From assembly GCA_964406945.1 (NCBI GenBank), contig CAYOTO010000001.1, forward strand, positions 101,502 through 165,501: 64,000 nucleotides of DNA, given 5' to 3'. The position numbers were made by a program, and so were the translations under genes. Below are positions 1-10,783 of this stretch, in pieces (the first letter of the stretch is position 1; each line of letters opens with the position of its first letter). The DNA is from an uncultured Pirellulales bacterium. GTDB taxonomy: Bacteria > Planctomycetota > Phycisphaerae > Sedimentisphaerales > Anaerobacaceae. The notes under the pieces are model-generated. The model searched no databases, was not told the origin of the DNA, and saw only the letters and a list, made by a program, of their open reading frames with translations.

Positions 1-2186
1 GCGACGACTTCCGGATACATCTGCTCGGAACTGTAAACTTCGATGCGATTGCCGAGCGCACTGACGTTGTCCGGTTCTATCTCCAGTGCTTTGCTGAAAT
101 CTGCTATCGCCTGCTCTATCCGGCCGAGTTCACGATGTATTCTGCCCCGGCTCACATAAGCATCCGCTTCGTTGGGATCGACCTTGATTGCGGTGCTGTA
201 GTCGGCCAGCGCTTTCTCCGGCTCATCTGTAAGAGCATACGCCAGCCCCCGGTTCATATAGAACCGGGCCTCGTCGTCGTCCAGTTCTATTGCCTGATTG
301 AAATCGGCTATCGCCCTGTTGTACTGCTCCTGCAGTGCGTATGCATTGCCTCGTCCGAAATAGAGATCAGCCTTATCATCGGCTCTCGACATTGCCGCGG
401 TATAATCCTCTATCGCATCCTCGTAACGATCGGCTTCCTTATAGGCGTTAGCCCGATTCACGTAAGCCTCCGTGTTGTCGGGCTCGATCTTGATGGCCAT
501 AGTAAAGTCCATAATCGCATCGCTCATGTTCCCGGTGAGCACGTACACCATGCCGCGATTGCTGTAAGCCTCGGCGTTGCCTCTGTCCATCTTTATCGCC
601 GCACTGTAGTCTGCAATAGCCTTATCGTACTGCTCGGTTGCGAAATAAACGTTGCCTCTGTTGGTATACGCTTCGACATATCCGGGCTCGAGTTCCAAAG
701 CCCTGTTCAAATCCGCCAGCGCCTCGTCGTATTCACCGCTTCTGGCGTATGCCGTCCCTCGTTTGCCGTATGCTTCTATGTCGTTCGGGTCGATATCGAT
801 TACCCTGCTGTAATCGCCGATGGCCGTATCCGGATCACCGTTTGCAAGATGCGCATTCGCCCTGACCAGATACGCCTCGACATCATTCGCATCCTGCTTG
901 ATCACGGCATCGCAGTCCGCTATGGCCTTGTCATACTGCCCGGTCGCGCTGTACGCTTTTCCTCTTCCCAGCAGCGCCTCGGCCGAATCGGCGTCCCGCT
1001 CGAGCACCGCGCTGTAATCGGCCGCCGCTTTTTCGTACTGCCCCAGTGCCTGATAAGCCCGCGCCCGGCACATATGAACACCGTCGGCCTCCTGGTCGAG
1101 CCTGAGAACCTCGTTACAGTCGGCGACCGCCTGTTCGTAGTCACGCATCTCGAAATATGCTTCCGCACGACCGCTGTAGGCTTTGACCAGATTCGGGTCG
1201 ACCTCTATGGCTCTGCTGAAATCCTCGACCGCCGGTTCGTATTGTCCCGTGGCCGAATAAGCCAGTCCCCTCTCAGCGAGAATATCGGCGTCGTCGGGAT
1301 TCGCTTCCAGAAATCTACTGTAGTTCGAGATGCTTTGGTCGTAAAGTCCCTCTCCGTCGTAAATGATGGCCCGGTTGAGATATGCCGTCTCGGAATTCGG
1401 ATCAACCTCGATAACCTGGTTGCAGTCTTCGATAGCTTCGTCGGGTTTGCCCATAGCCATGTAAGCGTTCGCACGTTTGAGCAGTGCTTCGACGTTGTTC
1501 GGCTCGCTCTTAATGACCTCGGTCAGATCCGAAACGGAGCGTTTATAATCGCCTTTCAGCAGATAAGCCGAACCCCTCTGTATCCGCGCCTCGACATTGC
1601 CCGGCTCCAGATCCGCCACCCACGTATAGTCGACGATTGCCTTGTCGATCTTCCCGGCCTTCATATAGGCCTGTGCGCGCATTTTATAAGCCTCGGCCGC
1701 CGAAGGATCGCGTTCGATCGCATTGCTCAGATCCGAAATCGCCATGATATAGTCTCCGCCGGCATTGTACGCGGCACCTCGTCGAAGGTAAGCCTCGGCG
1801 TTCGTCGGATCCGCCTGGATCGCCTTGGTCAAGTCGTGCGCCGCCAGACTGTACTCGCCCAACTCCGTATAAGCCACTCCCCGGTCGAAATAAGCGCGCG
1901 GATCGCCTATATTCAACTTGATGGTCCGCGTAAGATCCGACACAGCCCGCTCATATTGACCTCTCAGTAGATAAGCATGCCCTCTCTGATAATATGCTTC
2001 GGCGTTGGCGTTGTCCTTTTCGACCGCTCTTGTAAAGGAAGCGATTGCCAGATCGTAATCCTCGGCCTCCATGTGCATCATGCCCTGCCTTGTGTGCTGG
2101 TCCTCACACCCGGCGAAACTCAGTGCCGCTACAACGCAGAACATAACGAACTTGCCAACTCCCCGCATTTTTTTGTGAAATTGCAT
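1..2186 (-). CDS. TPR-repeat lipoprotein (C-terminal end lies beyond the left window edge)
   Basis: Minus-strand frame is open from ATG at 2186 to base 1; it is absent from the ORF track because there is no stop in the window. N-terminus MQFHKKMRGVGKFVMFCVVAALSFAGC is a signal peptide plus lipobox Cys. The rest is about 20 tandem 34-aa TPR units (e.g. AEAYYQRGHAYLLRGQYERAVSDLTRTIKL; AIADFSKALEIEPDN). The plus ORF 135..1970 is its antisense shadow. Confidence 0.85.
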   Translation of the reverse strand, partial: MQFHKKMRGVGKFVMFCVVAALSFAGCEDQHTRQGMMHMEAEDYDLAIASFTRAVEKDNANAEAYYQRGHAYLLRGQYERAVSDLTRTIKLNIGDPRAYFDRGVAYTELGEYSLAAHDLTKAIQADPTNAEAYLRRGAAYNAGGDYIMAISDLSNAIERDPSAAEAYKMRAQAYMKAGKIDKAIVDYTWVADLEPGNVEARIQRGSAYLLKGDYKRSVSDLTEVIKSEPNNVEALLKRANAYMAMGKPDEAIEDCNQVIEVDPNSETAYLNRAIIYDGEGLYDQSISNYSRFLEANPDDADILAERGLAYSATGQYEPAVEDFSRAIEVDPNLVKAYSGRAEAYFEMRDYEQAVADCNEVLRLDQEADGVHMCRARAYQALGQYEKAAADYSAVLERDADSAEALLGRGKAYSATGQYDKAIADCDAVIKQDANDVEAYLVRANAHLANGDPDTAIGDYSRVIDIDPNDIEAYGKRGTAYARSGEYDEALADLNRALELEPGYVEAYTNRGNVYFATEQYDKAIADYSAAIKMDRGNAEAYSNRGMVYVLTGNMSDAIMDFTMAIKIEPDNTEAYVNRANAYKEADRYEDAIEDYTAAMSRADDKADLYFGRGNAYALQEQYNRAIADFNQAIELDDDEARFYMNRGLAYALTDEPEKALADYSTAIKVDPNEADAYVSRGRIHRELGRIEQAIADFSKALEIEPDNVSALGNRIEVYSSEQMYPEVV

Positions 2187-2763
2187 GGCGATAACCTTTC
2201 CTGCTGATTTCTCTGAGCACCGTTCACATAAACCAGTCCATTTTACCCCACCTGCACCGCTCAATAAAGACTTTTAATCGTCTCTGCAGCAACCCCGGCC
2301 CCTCCATTGGCCGCGTTTTCTGGCGAAAATCCGACCTGAATCCCGCTGATCCATCAATTCAGGCGCAGACCGTCTTATTTGCTTGTGCATGCAATTCTCG
2401 CGATGGTAACAACAAAAAGCACCTGATGACAGGCCCTTCGCCATTCCATCGGCCTCTGCCTGATTGCCGGCTTACTCCTGCACTATGCTCCAGTACACAA
2501 TTTCACCGACTTCCATTTTTTTTGCTTCGCAGCTATTGACCTGAAACCGAACTGCCGTATAATGCACCTTTCCTGAATCGAAGAACCGATTTCGTGGCCG
2601 GTTCGCATCCACATGGCAGGGGGGATGGATCGCTTTAGGGTTTTCTGATGCCTTCACACGCGAAGGATCGCAGTTGGAACATGCACCCGGTTCAGGTAAA
2701 AGTACGCCGAAGAAAAACGCACTGGAGCAAGGTTTTTGGAAAACGTTTAAGGAGAACCCAGCA

Positions 2764-3543
2764 ATGAGAAAAGCAACCTTTGTATTCGTGCTCGCCGCTC
2801 TGCTGTCGACGCCGATACTCGCGGCCGATCCGCCCACCAAGGAAATCGGCGTGACCTATGACATCAGCTATTGGAGCAAGTGGATGACCAAGGGCTTCAG
2901 AGGCTATGGAAACCAGGGCGCGCTGTTCAACACGGTCGACGTCGACCTCTATGACACCGGCCTGGGCTTCAAAGTCACACACAGAAACGCCACCGCCAGC
3001 GGCTATGTGGACAAACAGCGATTTGATTACAGACCCTACTTCAAGAGCAAACTCTTCGCAGGAGATCGGCTCCAGACCAACTACAACATAAGTGTTGGAT
3101 ACGAGCACTACTACGGTCTGGACAGACGCGATGCAAATACCACATGGGAGTGGGTGTTCGCCTTCGCATGGCCCAATCTGTGCCCCTTCGGTATCGTCCC
3201 CAGATACATCGCTCACTACGAGTATCCACCCGGGACAGGCTATAACCTTAGCCCCGGGTCCGGTTGGGTCCACCGTTTCGGCCTCGACTACGACATCGAA
3301 AATCCTGAATTACCCATACCGCTTCGAATCTCCGCAGAGGTGGCCTACAACGACGGCCTTGGCGGAACACAGGTCGAGCACGACTGGTCATACGCGAACT
3401 TCGGACTCTCGACAAATATAGAAGTTATGGAAAATCTGACGATTGTACCCAGAATCTTCCAGCAGATATCCATGGAAGACTCCGTAAACGCGCACAAAGA
3501 CGAAACGTACGCCATCATCAGCGCCGTTTACAAAATCAACTGA
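2764..3543 (+). CDS. secreted beta-rich protein, possible outer-membrane beta-barrel/porin-like
   Basis: AAGGAG lies 6-7 nt upstream of ATG 2764. Signal peptide MRKATFVFVLAALLSTPILAA. Alternating aromatic/polar beta-strand pattern ending in an aromatic-rich terminus (AIISAVYKIN). A strong terminator follows. Confidence 0.55.
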   Translation: MRKATFVFVLAALLSTPILAADPPTKEIGVTYDISYWSKWMTKGFRGYGNQGALFNTVDVDLYDTGLGFKVTHRNATASGYVDKQRFDYRPYFKSKLFAGDRLQTNYNISVGYEHYYGLDRRDANTTWEWVFAFAWPNLCPFGIVPRYIAHYEYPPGTGYNLSPGSGWVHRFGLDYDIENPELPIPLRISAEVAYNDGLGGTQVEHDWSYANFGLSTNIEVMENLTIVPRIFQQISMEDSVNAHKDETYAIISAVYKIN

Positions 3544-3595
3544 TCGCAGATTCCGATTTACAGCTTGACGCACAACTGCAACTGCGATTAACAAA

Positions 3596-3623
3596 CGGCC
3601 CCGCTCGACGGGGCCGTTTTTTT
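3596..3623 (+). terminator. rho-independent terminator
   Basis: CGGCCCCG-ctcga-CGGGGCCG stem-loop followed by TTTTTTT. Confidence 0.75.
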
Positions 3624-3772
3624 ATAAGCCTGCTCACCGGGCTGAACTGCTCTTGTCGTTTTTCCATTCCCATCCCTCGCCTTCGGTCAAGTCATCCTTT
3701 GCCGATATGCACTTTCCACAGGCAAAGATGCACTGCAAAATCCGCTGACAGGCGAAAATGCCTTTTTTTCCG

Positions 3773-3801
3773 TTGACAAGCGTGCGTAACTGCTTTAACT
3801 T
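3773..3801 (+). promoter_or_regulatory. candidate sigma70-type promoter upstream of acs
   Basis: TTGACA (3773-3778), 17-nt spacer, TAACTT (3796-3801). Direct repeats ACAGGCRAARATGC lie just upstream (about 3718 and 3749). Confidence 0.3.
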
Positions 3802-3955
3802 GCAGCGCCTATACTAGGAGTTCAGTACAGTGTGGGCAATCCACACCCAAACGCCGACAAATGACGTTTTCCGATATGCCGATAATGCTGAAGAGGCCTG
3901 AGTCGGATCACTTTGTAGGCAAAATTACCTATTTTCACACATGAAGGAGAAAGTT

Positions 3956-5932
3956 ATGGGACAAGAAAAAGGAATTGACTCTCTAATGAGCGAAGGCAGG
4001 AAGTTTCCGCCACCGGCTTCTGTCCAGCAGAACGCTCACATCGATAGTGAACAGCAGTACGAGAAAATGTGGAAGCAGTCCATCGACGATCCGGACGGCT
4101 TCTGGCTTGAGCAGGCAAAATCCCTCACATGGTTCAAAGAACCCACAAAAAGCCTCGAATACACATGGGATACCAAGGCCCGCAAAATCGAGCACACCTG
4201 GTTCGCCGACGGCGAACTCAACGTTTCCTACAACTGCCTTGACCGCCATCTCGGAACGCCCGTCGCAAAGAAAACAGCACTGATCTGGCAGGGCGACGAA
4301 GATTCGCAGGTCAAGAAGTACACCTATGAAGAACTTCACAAGGAAGTCTGCAAGTTTGCCAACGTACTCAAGTCCAAAGGCATCAAGAAGGGTGATCGCG
4401 TGGCTATTTACATGCCGATGGTCGTCGAACTGCCCATCGCGATGCTCGCCTGTGCAAGAATAGGCGCCATCCACTCGATCATTTTCGGCGGCTTCAGCTC
4501 CGATGCCATCGAAGGCCGTATAAACGACTCGGACTGCAAGATGCTCATCACCTCGAACGTCTCGCTCCGCGGCGGGAAGCACATTCCGCTTAAGAAAATA
4601 GCCGACGTGGCCCTCGAAAAAACCCCAACCATCGAGACCGTCATCGTAACCAAAGTCAGCGACGACCCCTGCGACATGAAGGAAGGCCGCGACGTCTGGT
4701 ACCACGATGAAATGCAAAACGCCTCCGAAGAGTGCGAAGCCGAGCACATGAACGCCGAAGATCCGCTCTTCATCCTCTACACCTCCGGCTCCACCGGCAA
4801 GCCCAAGGGCGTTGTCCACACGACCGGCGGCTACCTCATGCACACCACCCTCACGCATAAGCTCATCTTCAACATTCACGACGACGACGTCTACTGGTGC
4901 ACCGCCGACATAGGCTGGGTCACCGGACACAGCTACATCGTCTACGGCCCGCTCGCCAATGGTTCGACCTCGCTCATGTTCGAAGGCGTGCCCACCTACC
5001 CGGATGCCGGTCGCTTCTGGCAGATATGCGACAAATTCGGCGTAACCGTCTTCTACACCGCTCCGACCGCGATCCGTGCTCTCATGCGGCATGGCGATGA
5101 GTGGCCGGCAAAGTACAAACTGGATTCCCTCCGCATCCTCGGAACCGTGGGCGAGCCCATCAACCCCGAGGCGTGGATGTGGTACTACGACAAGATCGGC
5201 CACGGCAACTGCCCCATCGTCGACACCTGGTGGCAGACAGAAACCGGTGGCTTCATGATCACTCACTTCCCGGGCGCACACGCGCTCAAGCCCGGTGCCG
5301 CCGGCCGCCCGTTCTTCGGCGTCCAGCCCGCCGTGCTCCGCGACGACGCCTCGGAAGTCGACAAGAACGAAGGCGGCAAGCTCTGCATCCGCAAGCCCTG
5401 GCCCGGCATGATGAGAACCATGTGGGGCGACCACGAGAGATTCATCGACACCTATTTCACCATGTTCGATGACATCTATTTCGCCGGCGACGGCTGCAGA
5501 ATCGACGCCGACGGCGACTACTGGCTCCTCGGCCGTATTGACGACGTCGTCAACGTATCCGGTCACCGAATCGGAACCGCCGAAGTCGAATCGGCGCTCG
5601 TGAGCCATCCCAAAGTGGCCGAAGCCGCCGTCGTGCCGATGCCGCACGAAGTCAAGGGCCAGGCCCTCTACGCATTCGTCACTCCTCTCGGTGATATCGA
5701 GGAAAGCGAGGAACTCAAGAAGGAACTCGTTACGCACGTCCGCAAGGAGATCGGCCCGATCGCCACTCCCGAGGCCGTGCAGTTCGCACCATCTCTGCCG
5801 AAGACACGCTCCGGAAAGATCATGCGTCGCATCCTCAGAAAGATCGCCGAAAAGCAGACCGACAACCTCGGCGATATTACGACACTGGCCGATCCCAGCG
5901 TAGTCGAAGCCCTCATCAAGGGCCGCGGCTGA
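3956..5932 (+). CDS. acs: acetyl-CoA synthetase (AMP-forming)
   Basis: Full-length Acs-like sequence (FWLEQAK..., [15 protein letters not shown]-binding motif, C-terminal [17 protein letters not shown]). AAGGAG precedes ATG 3956; an upstream in-frame ATG at 3941 is the alternative start. Confidence 0.95.
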   Translation: MGQEKGIDSLMSEGRKFPPPASVQQNAHIDSEQQYEKMWKQSIDDPDGFWLEQAKSLTWFKEPTKSLEYTWDTKARKIEHTWFADGELNVSYNCLDRHLGTPVAKKTALIWQGDEDSQVKKYTYEELHKEVCKFANVLKSKGIKKGDRVAIYMPMVVELPIAMLACARIGAIHSIIFGGFSSDAIEGRINDSDCKMLITSNVSLRGGKHIPLKKIADVALEKTPTIETVIVTKVSDDPCDMKEGRDVWYHDEMQNASEECEAEHMNAEDPLFILYTSGSTGKPKGVVHTTGGYLMHTTLTHKLIFNIHDDDVYWCTADIGWVTGHSYIVYGPLANGSTSLMFEGVPTYPDAGRFWQICDKFGVTVFYTAPTAIRALMRHGDEWPAKYKLDSLRILGTVGEPINPEAWMWYYDKIGHGNCPIVDTWWQTETGGFMITHFPGAHALKPGAAGRPFFGVQPAVLRDDASEVDKNEGGKLCIRKPWPGMMRTMWGDHERFIDTYFTMFDDIYFAGDGCRIDADGDYWLLGRIDDVVNVSGHRIGTAEVESALVSHPKVAEAAVVPMPHEVKGQALYAFVTPLGDIEESEELKKELVTHVRKEIGPIATPEAVQFAPSLPKTRSGKIMRRILRKIAEKQTDNLGDITTLADPSVVEALIKGRG

Positions 5933-6013
5933 GCCGCTCAATCCTGTAACCGGAAAGCCGGATGCACGATTTCTCGTGCATCCGGTGTTTTTTCAATTGC
6001 GAAAGGAACGAAA

Positions 6014-7321
6014 ATGGCTCAGGAAAAAGTCATGAACCGATGGCTCGTGGTTGTCGGCGGCATACTCATCCAGTTGTGCCTCGGAGCGATCTACGCCTGG
6101 TCCGCTTTTACCAAGCAGCTTACCGGCGGCGATTACGGCTTCTCCAAATTGCAAACTCAGGTCATCTTTTCAGTTGGTTTGGCTACATTCGCAGTCGTAA
6201 TGGCTTTGATAGCAGGAAAATGGCAGAAAAAGGCCGGACCCAGAAAGGTCGCTATCACCGGCGGAATTGTACTTGGCCTCGGCTACATCATAGGCGGCCT
6301 GGCTCAGGCAAATTTCTGGGGCATGCTCTTCGGCATCGGCATCCTCGGCGGTGCCGGCATAGGACTCGCATACGTCTGCCCCATAGCCGCACTGGTCAAG
6401 TGGTTCCCGGATAAAAAGGGCCTGATCACCGGCCTTGCCGTGGCGGGCTTCGGATTCGGCGCCCTGATATGGGTCAAACTTACCGGCGGTTTCGAGTTCG
6501 GTCCCATCGACTTGACGCCGGGCTGGAACGGCCTGTTCGGCATGGGCTGGTCGGCAAGTCAGGTCTTCATACTCTACGGCATACTGTTCGCCGCTCTCGT
6601 CGGATTGGGCGCAATGGTGCTTGTAAATCCGCCCGAAGGCTGGACGCCGCCCGGATGGGTTCCGCCCAGTACTACCGACGCCAATTCCGGCGGAATCAAT
6701 TTCAATGTGAATGAAATGGTAAAGACGCCCCAGTACTGGACGCTGTTTATTACCTTCACCGTCGGGGCACTGGCAGGTCTGATGGTAATCGGCTGCATAA
6801 GACTCTTCGGTACAGAACAACTCCAGGCAGGCGGAATTGACCAGGCGGAAGCTGTCAGAATAACAGGTACCGCCATGGGCCTGTTCTATGCGCTTCTCAA
6901 CGGCCTGGGAAGAATTATATGGGGAACTATCTCCGAAAAGACCGGCCGTAAGAACGCTATAGTGCTGATGAGCGCCGCACAGGGCATTATGATGATATTG
7001 TTCTACTACATCGGCGGCAGCGAAATAGGGCTTTATCTGGCAGCCGGAATCATCGGCTTCAACTTCGGCGGAAACTTCGCTCTGTTCCCCGCCGCGACAG
7101 CCGACTACTTCGGAAACAAAACCGTGGGCGTCAACTACCCCTGGGTCTTTATGGCCTACGGCGTGGGCGGCATCATAGGCCCGTTCCTCGGGGGATACAT
7201 GGGCGACCAGCAGCTCTGGCTCTGGGCCTTTATCCCCGCGGGAATAGCCTGCCTCGCGGCCGCGGCACTCTCCATGACCCTTAAGCCCGTAGACACCAAA
7301 TACCACCCCGTCACCTCATAA
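6014..7321 (+). CDS. MFS transporter, oxalate/formate antiporter (OFA)-like
   Basis: About 12 predicted TM segments. N-terminus NRWLVVVGGILIQLCLGAIYAWSAF is typical of OFA-family MFS proteins. Lies directly downstream of acs. Confidence 0.8.
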   Translation: MAQEKVMNRWLVVVGGILIQLCLGAIYAWSAFTKQLTGGDYGFSKLQTQVIFSVGLATFAVVMALIAGKWQKKAGPRKVAITGGIVLGLGYIIGGLAQANFWGMLFGIGILGGAGIGLAYVCPIAALVKWFPDKKGLITGLAVAGFGFGALIWVKLTGGFEFGPIDLTPGWNGLFGMGWSASQVFILYGILFAALVGLGAMVLVNPPEGWTPPGWVPPSTTDANSGGINFNVNEMVKTPQYWTLFITFTVGALAGLMVIGCIRLFGTEQLQAGGIDQAEAVRITGTAMGLFYALLNGLGRIIWGTISEKTGRKNAIVLMSAAQGIMMILFYYIGGSEIGLYLAAGIIGFNFGGNFALFPAATADYFGNKTVGVNYPWVFMAYGVGGIIGPFLGGYMGDQQLWLWAFIPAGIACLAAAALSMTLKPVDTKYHPVTS

Positions 7322-7348
7322 CAGGTGAACAACAGTTCGGATACCAAA

Positions 7349-7412
7349 ACGGCCCGGAAGTCAATAGACAACCGGGCCGTCTTATTTACATAGCCCCCGG
7401 TTCCACCGGGGG
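7349..7412. terminator. two GC hairpins between convergent genes (bidirectional terminator candidates)
   Basis: ACGGCCCGG...CCGGGCCGT (7349-7380) followed by CTTATTT. CCCCCGG-ttcca-CCGGGGG (7394-7412). Confidence 0.55.
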
Positions 7413-7478
7413 TTGTCTTAGCAAACCAGTGTCCCCTCAATTATTAAACACCACCGCTCAATACTCCGTTTTTGCTCT

Positions 7479-8615
7479 CTATATCCCGTGCAGCGAAAAG
7501 ATATAACTCTTCACCGTCTCTATAATTTCATCCACCGCGGGCTCCACAGTTTTTTTCTGCTCGCGTCGTACCGGCAGCACGCGGTCCCTCAGTCCCTCCT
7601 GCCAGTCCGTGCTCGCCAGCATCACCCCGCCCATGGCGTGGCTCATATCGACGCTCCTGTCGCTTCCGCATAGAACACTCCACGCCAGCGACCACGCCCG
7701 CACAGTATTCTCCACGTGATAACCGCCGCCGCCCGTCATTAGAATAGGCTTGCCGAATCCCATCACCTTGTAAAGAACGTCGGCATAAACATTATTAGTT
7801 AATTGCAGGTGCGCCAGCGGATCCCCGGCCAGCGCATCGGCTCCGAGTTCTAAAACGATCACATCGGCGTCATAGAAATGAATCAGCGGCGGCACAATCT
7901 CGTTGAACGCCTTCATATACGCTTCATCGTAAGTGCCCACCGGCAGCGGAACATTCACGCAATACCCCTTGCCCTCGCCTGTGCCGATCTCATCTGCAAA
8001 ACCCGTCCCCGGAAACAGCAGCTTCGGGTTTTCATGCAGCGAAATCGTCATTACGTCCTTACGGTCGTAGAAAAACGCCGCCACACCGTCGCCGGCATGC
8101 ACGTCCACATCCAGATAGAGCACCCGCTTGCCCGCATCCGCCAGCTTATCGCAGGCTAGCGCCACATCGTTGATATAGCAGAAACCGGCCGCCTTCTCGG
8201 GATGCGCGTGATGATAACCGCCGGAAGGATTGAACGCGTATTTGGCCTTTGCTTCCAGAATCAGCCCGGCCGCGGCAAGGCTCGCCCCCGTCGCAAGCGC
8301 CGCATACTCATACATGCCGTGAAAAACGGGGCAGTCCCCCGTCCCTATGCCCATATACAGCGCATCGATATCCCACTTTCCGTCCGACGCGGCCTTCAGA
8401 GCTTTGAGATACCTGGCCGTGTGAAATCTTTTCAGAGCTACCCGGTCGGCCGCAACCGGCACAACTTCCTCGCGTCCCTCGCTGCCCAGCAACCCGAAAC
8501 TCCGCACCGTAGCCCTGGTCTCCCTCGCTCGGGCCGTATTGAACGGATGCTCGGATGGGTATGAATACTCCTCCAGTTGCTCCGAATAAACAAAAACCGC
8601 TTTCTGACCAGCCAA
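7479..8615 (-). CDS. acuC: Zn-dependent deacetylase, AcuC/histone-deacetylase family
   Basis: HPFNTARARET..., GGYHHAHPEKAAGFCYINDVA, LYLDVDVHAGDGV are the catalytic His-His and Asp-His-Asp signature of class I HDAC/AcuC proteins. Confidence 0.85.
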   Translation of the reverse strand: MAGQKAVFVYSEQLEEYSYPSEHPFNTARARETRATVRSFGLLGSEGREEVVPVAADRVALKRFHTARYLKALKAASDGKWDIDALYMGIGTGDCPVFHGMYEYAALATGASLAAAGLILEAKAKYAFNPSGGYHHAHPEKAAGFCYINDVALACDKLADAGKRVLYLDVDVHAGDGVAAFFYDRKDVMTISLHENPKLLFPGTGFADEIGTGEGKGYCVNVPLPVGTYDEAYMKAFNEIVPPLIHFYDADVIVLELGADALAGDPLAHLQLTNNVYADVLYKVMGFGKPILMTGGGGYHVENTVRAWSLAWSVLCGSDRSVDMSHAMGGVMLASTDWQEGLRDRVLPVRREQKKTVEPAVDEIIETVKSYIFSLHGI

Positions 8616-8738
8616 CTACCGGCCCTCCAGATCACAACAATCACAAAAAGACTTCGTCATATAAAACACCGTCCGGAACAGAGCGCCCCGGCAATTGCGG
8701 ATCCACTCCGAGACCGACCGCTGCCGTTCTTCGCCTGC

Positions 8739-10598
8739 TCAGACCAGATCGTATGTAATGCTGTAAACTTCACCGTCGAATTCCGTGTTCACTTTGAAGC
8801 CGGAATTGTGGAAGATCGCCAGCATTGCCTTGTTGCTTGGCAGCACTTTAGCGCTGAACGTCTTAACGCCGCGATTCTTCGCCACCTGCGTCAGATAGTT
8901 CAGCATGAGTGTGCCCATACCCTTCTGCTGCCATTCATCCTGAACGATGAAGGCTACCTCGGCGGATTGCCGACGCTCATCGAGAAAGTACTGTGCTATG
9001 CCGACAACCTGCTGTCCCGCGGGCTTGGGCACTACAGCCACTATAGCCAGATCACGCTGATAGTCGATATTTGTCAACTGCTGCACATCCCTGTGTGGAA
9101 ACGCCATAGTATGCGTAAAATACCGTGTACGAACCGACTGCTCGCTCAGCGAATAAAGCATTTCCGCCAGTTCCGGCTCGTCGTTAGGCTTCACCGGCCG
9201 GAAAAATATCTCCGAACCGTCTCGCAGCGTCTCGTACTTCTCCAACTCGTCCGGATAGCGAACCTGCTCCCACGACAGTTCGATCTGGTCCTCGTAGATA
9301 TACTTGCGCGATTTCGCCGCCTGTATGAGCTGCCTGCGAAACTTCGGATGGGCTATATTAATTAGATCCAACACCCGTTCCCGAATGCTCTTGCCGTGAA
9401 GATAAGCTATCCCGTACTCCGTTACGACATAATGCACGTCCCCTCGCGTCGTGACTACCCCGGCGCCTTCGGTCAGATGCGGAACGATCCTGCTTACCGT
9501 GCCGTTTTTGGCCGTGGACGGCATTGCTATTATCGCCTTACCCTCGCGACTTCTCGCAGCCCCGCGGATAAAATCAACCTGCCCGCCGATGCCGCTGTAG
9601 AACTTGTAACCCAGCGAATCGGCACAGACCTGACCCGTAAGATCGATTTCCAGACCGACGTTAATCGCCACGAGTTTCTCGTGCTGAGCAATCAGAAACG
9701 GATCGTTCACGTACTCGGTCGGATAGAACTCGAATAACGGATTGTGGTTTATATAGTCGTACAGTTTCTCTGTGCCCATGCAGAATGTCGCCACGATCTT
9801 GCCGTTGTTCACCGTCTTCTTCTGACAGGTGATCGCCCCGCAGTCTATCAGCTTGATGATCCAGTCGCTGAACATCTCCGTATGAACGCCAAGGTCCTTC
9901 TTGTCGACCAGATAATCCGCCAGAACCTGAGGAATATCGCCGATCCCGCACTCGATCGTACTGCCGTCTTCGACCAGACTGGCGATATTGCTGCCGATCT
10001 TCTGCAGAATTTCGTCGCTCTCGGGGATCGGGATCTCGATTACCGGCTCGTCCTGCGGCACCAGCACGTCTATGTTGTTAACGTGCAGAAAGCTGTTGCC
10101 GTGTGTCCAGGGCATATTGCTGTTCACCTGGGCGATCACATATTTGGCGTTCGCGGCGGCGCTCTTGACGATGTCCACCGAAACTCCGAGACTGCAAAGC
10201 CCGTTTGTATCCGGCGGTGTAATGCTGATCAACGCCACGTCGATGGGCACTCGTCCCGACTCGAACTCTTCCGGAATCTCCGAAAGGAATATCGGCGTAT
10301 AATCGCCGAATCCCTCTTCTATCGAGCCGCGAACGTTGTCGGCCACGAAGAAGCTGTTCATCTTGAATTTGTCTCTGAACTCCTCCGTCGCATACGGCGC
10401 CTGGCCCATCGTCAGAAGCTGAATGATATGCACGTCGTACACGTTTCTCGAATGCGCCATCAGTGCATCCGTAAGATGCTGCGGCTGACCGCAGCCGGTC
10501 CCGATGAAGACATGATAGCCGGACTTGACCAGCTTCATCGCCGCTGCGGCCTTCTTTATCTTATGCGAGTACTTTTCTTGCCAATCAAAATTGCCCAT
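8739..10598 (-). CDS. acetyl-CoA hydrolase/transferase-family domain fused to a C-terminal Pat-type GNAT acetyltransferase
   Basis: The N-terminal ~440 aa resemble acetyl-CoA hydrolase/transferase (GTGCGQPQHL..., GIGGQVDFIRGA). The C-terminal ~170 aa (IFFRPVKPNDEPELAEMLYSLSEQSVRTRYF...QQKGMGTLMLNYLTQVAKNRGVKTFSAKVLPSNKAML) match the GNAT domain of Pat-type protein acetyltransferases. Confidence 0.8.
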   Translation of the reverse strand: MGNFDWQEKYSHKIKKAAAAMKLVKSGYHVFIGTGCGQPQHLTDALMAHSRNVYDVHIIQLLTMGQAPYATEEFRDKFKMNSFFVADNVRGSIEEGFGDYTPIFLSEIPEEFESGRVPIDVALISITPPDTNGLCSLGVSVDIVKSAAANAKYVIAQVNSNMPWTHGNSFLHVNNIDVLVPQDEPVIEIPIPESDEILQKIGSNIASLVEDGSTIECGIGDIPQVLADYLVDKKDLGVHTEMFSDWIIKLIDCGAITCQKKTVNNGKIVATFCMGTEKLYDYINHNPLFEFYPTEYVNDPFLIAQHEKLVAINVGLEIDLTGQVCADSLGYKFYSGIGGQVDFIRGAARSREGKAIIAMPSTAKNGTVSRIVPHLTEGAGVVTTRGDVHYVVTEYGIAYLHGKSIRERVLDLINIAHPKFRRQLIQAAKSRKYIYEDQIELSWEQVRYPDELEKYETLRDGSEIFFRPVKPNDEPELAEMLYSLSEQSVRTRYFTHTMAFPHRDVQQLTNIDYQRDLAIVAVVPKPAGQQVVGIAQYFLDERRQSAEVAFIVQDEWQQKGMGTLMLNYLTQVAKNRGVKTFSAKVLPSNKAMLAIFHNSGFKVNTEFDGEVYSITYDLV

Positions 10599-10783
10599 AA
10601 CTTACCCCAATACCCCACCCATGAAAACATCAACAACGCCGCACAAAAACGGCCTTTCAAACTCTCCCCAATCGAACCCCGTAAACCTTCAACGCCTGCC
10701 GCCAAATCCTTCCCAATGTCACTGGACTCCGGCGTCTGTGCTGCGAGGCCCTTCTAACTTTTTACTTTTTACTTCTAACTTGA

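Noticed and set aside
135-1970. 611-aa plus-strand ORF, the longest ORF in the first 2 kb
   Set aside because: It is the antisense shadow of the minus-strand TPR lipoprotein. The minus frame gives textbook 34-aa TPR repeats plus a signal peptide and lipobox. The plus frame gives low-complexity R/V/I-rich sequence.
2187-2763. 577-bp gap between the TPR gene and the beta-barrel gene, including ORF 2472..2840
   Set aside because: The ORF overlaps the RBS and start of the better-supported plus-strand gene and has no motifs. I found no repeat or structure worth reporting. It is probably a plain divergent promoter region.
3983-5941. 652-aa minus-strand ORF antisense to acs. Similar long antisense ORFs lie at 6170..7306, 9744..10757, 11102..12907, 15886..17391, 18492..19994, 20545..21819, 45681..46487, 47917..50499, 50205..51221 and 52396..53379.
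   Set aside because: Each lies opposite a gene with unmistakable family motifs. The translations are Arg/Gly/His/Pro-rich with no motifs. Stop-free antisense frames are expected in GC-rich DNA.
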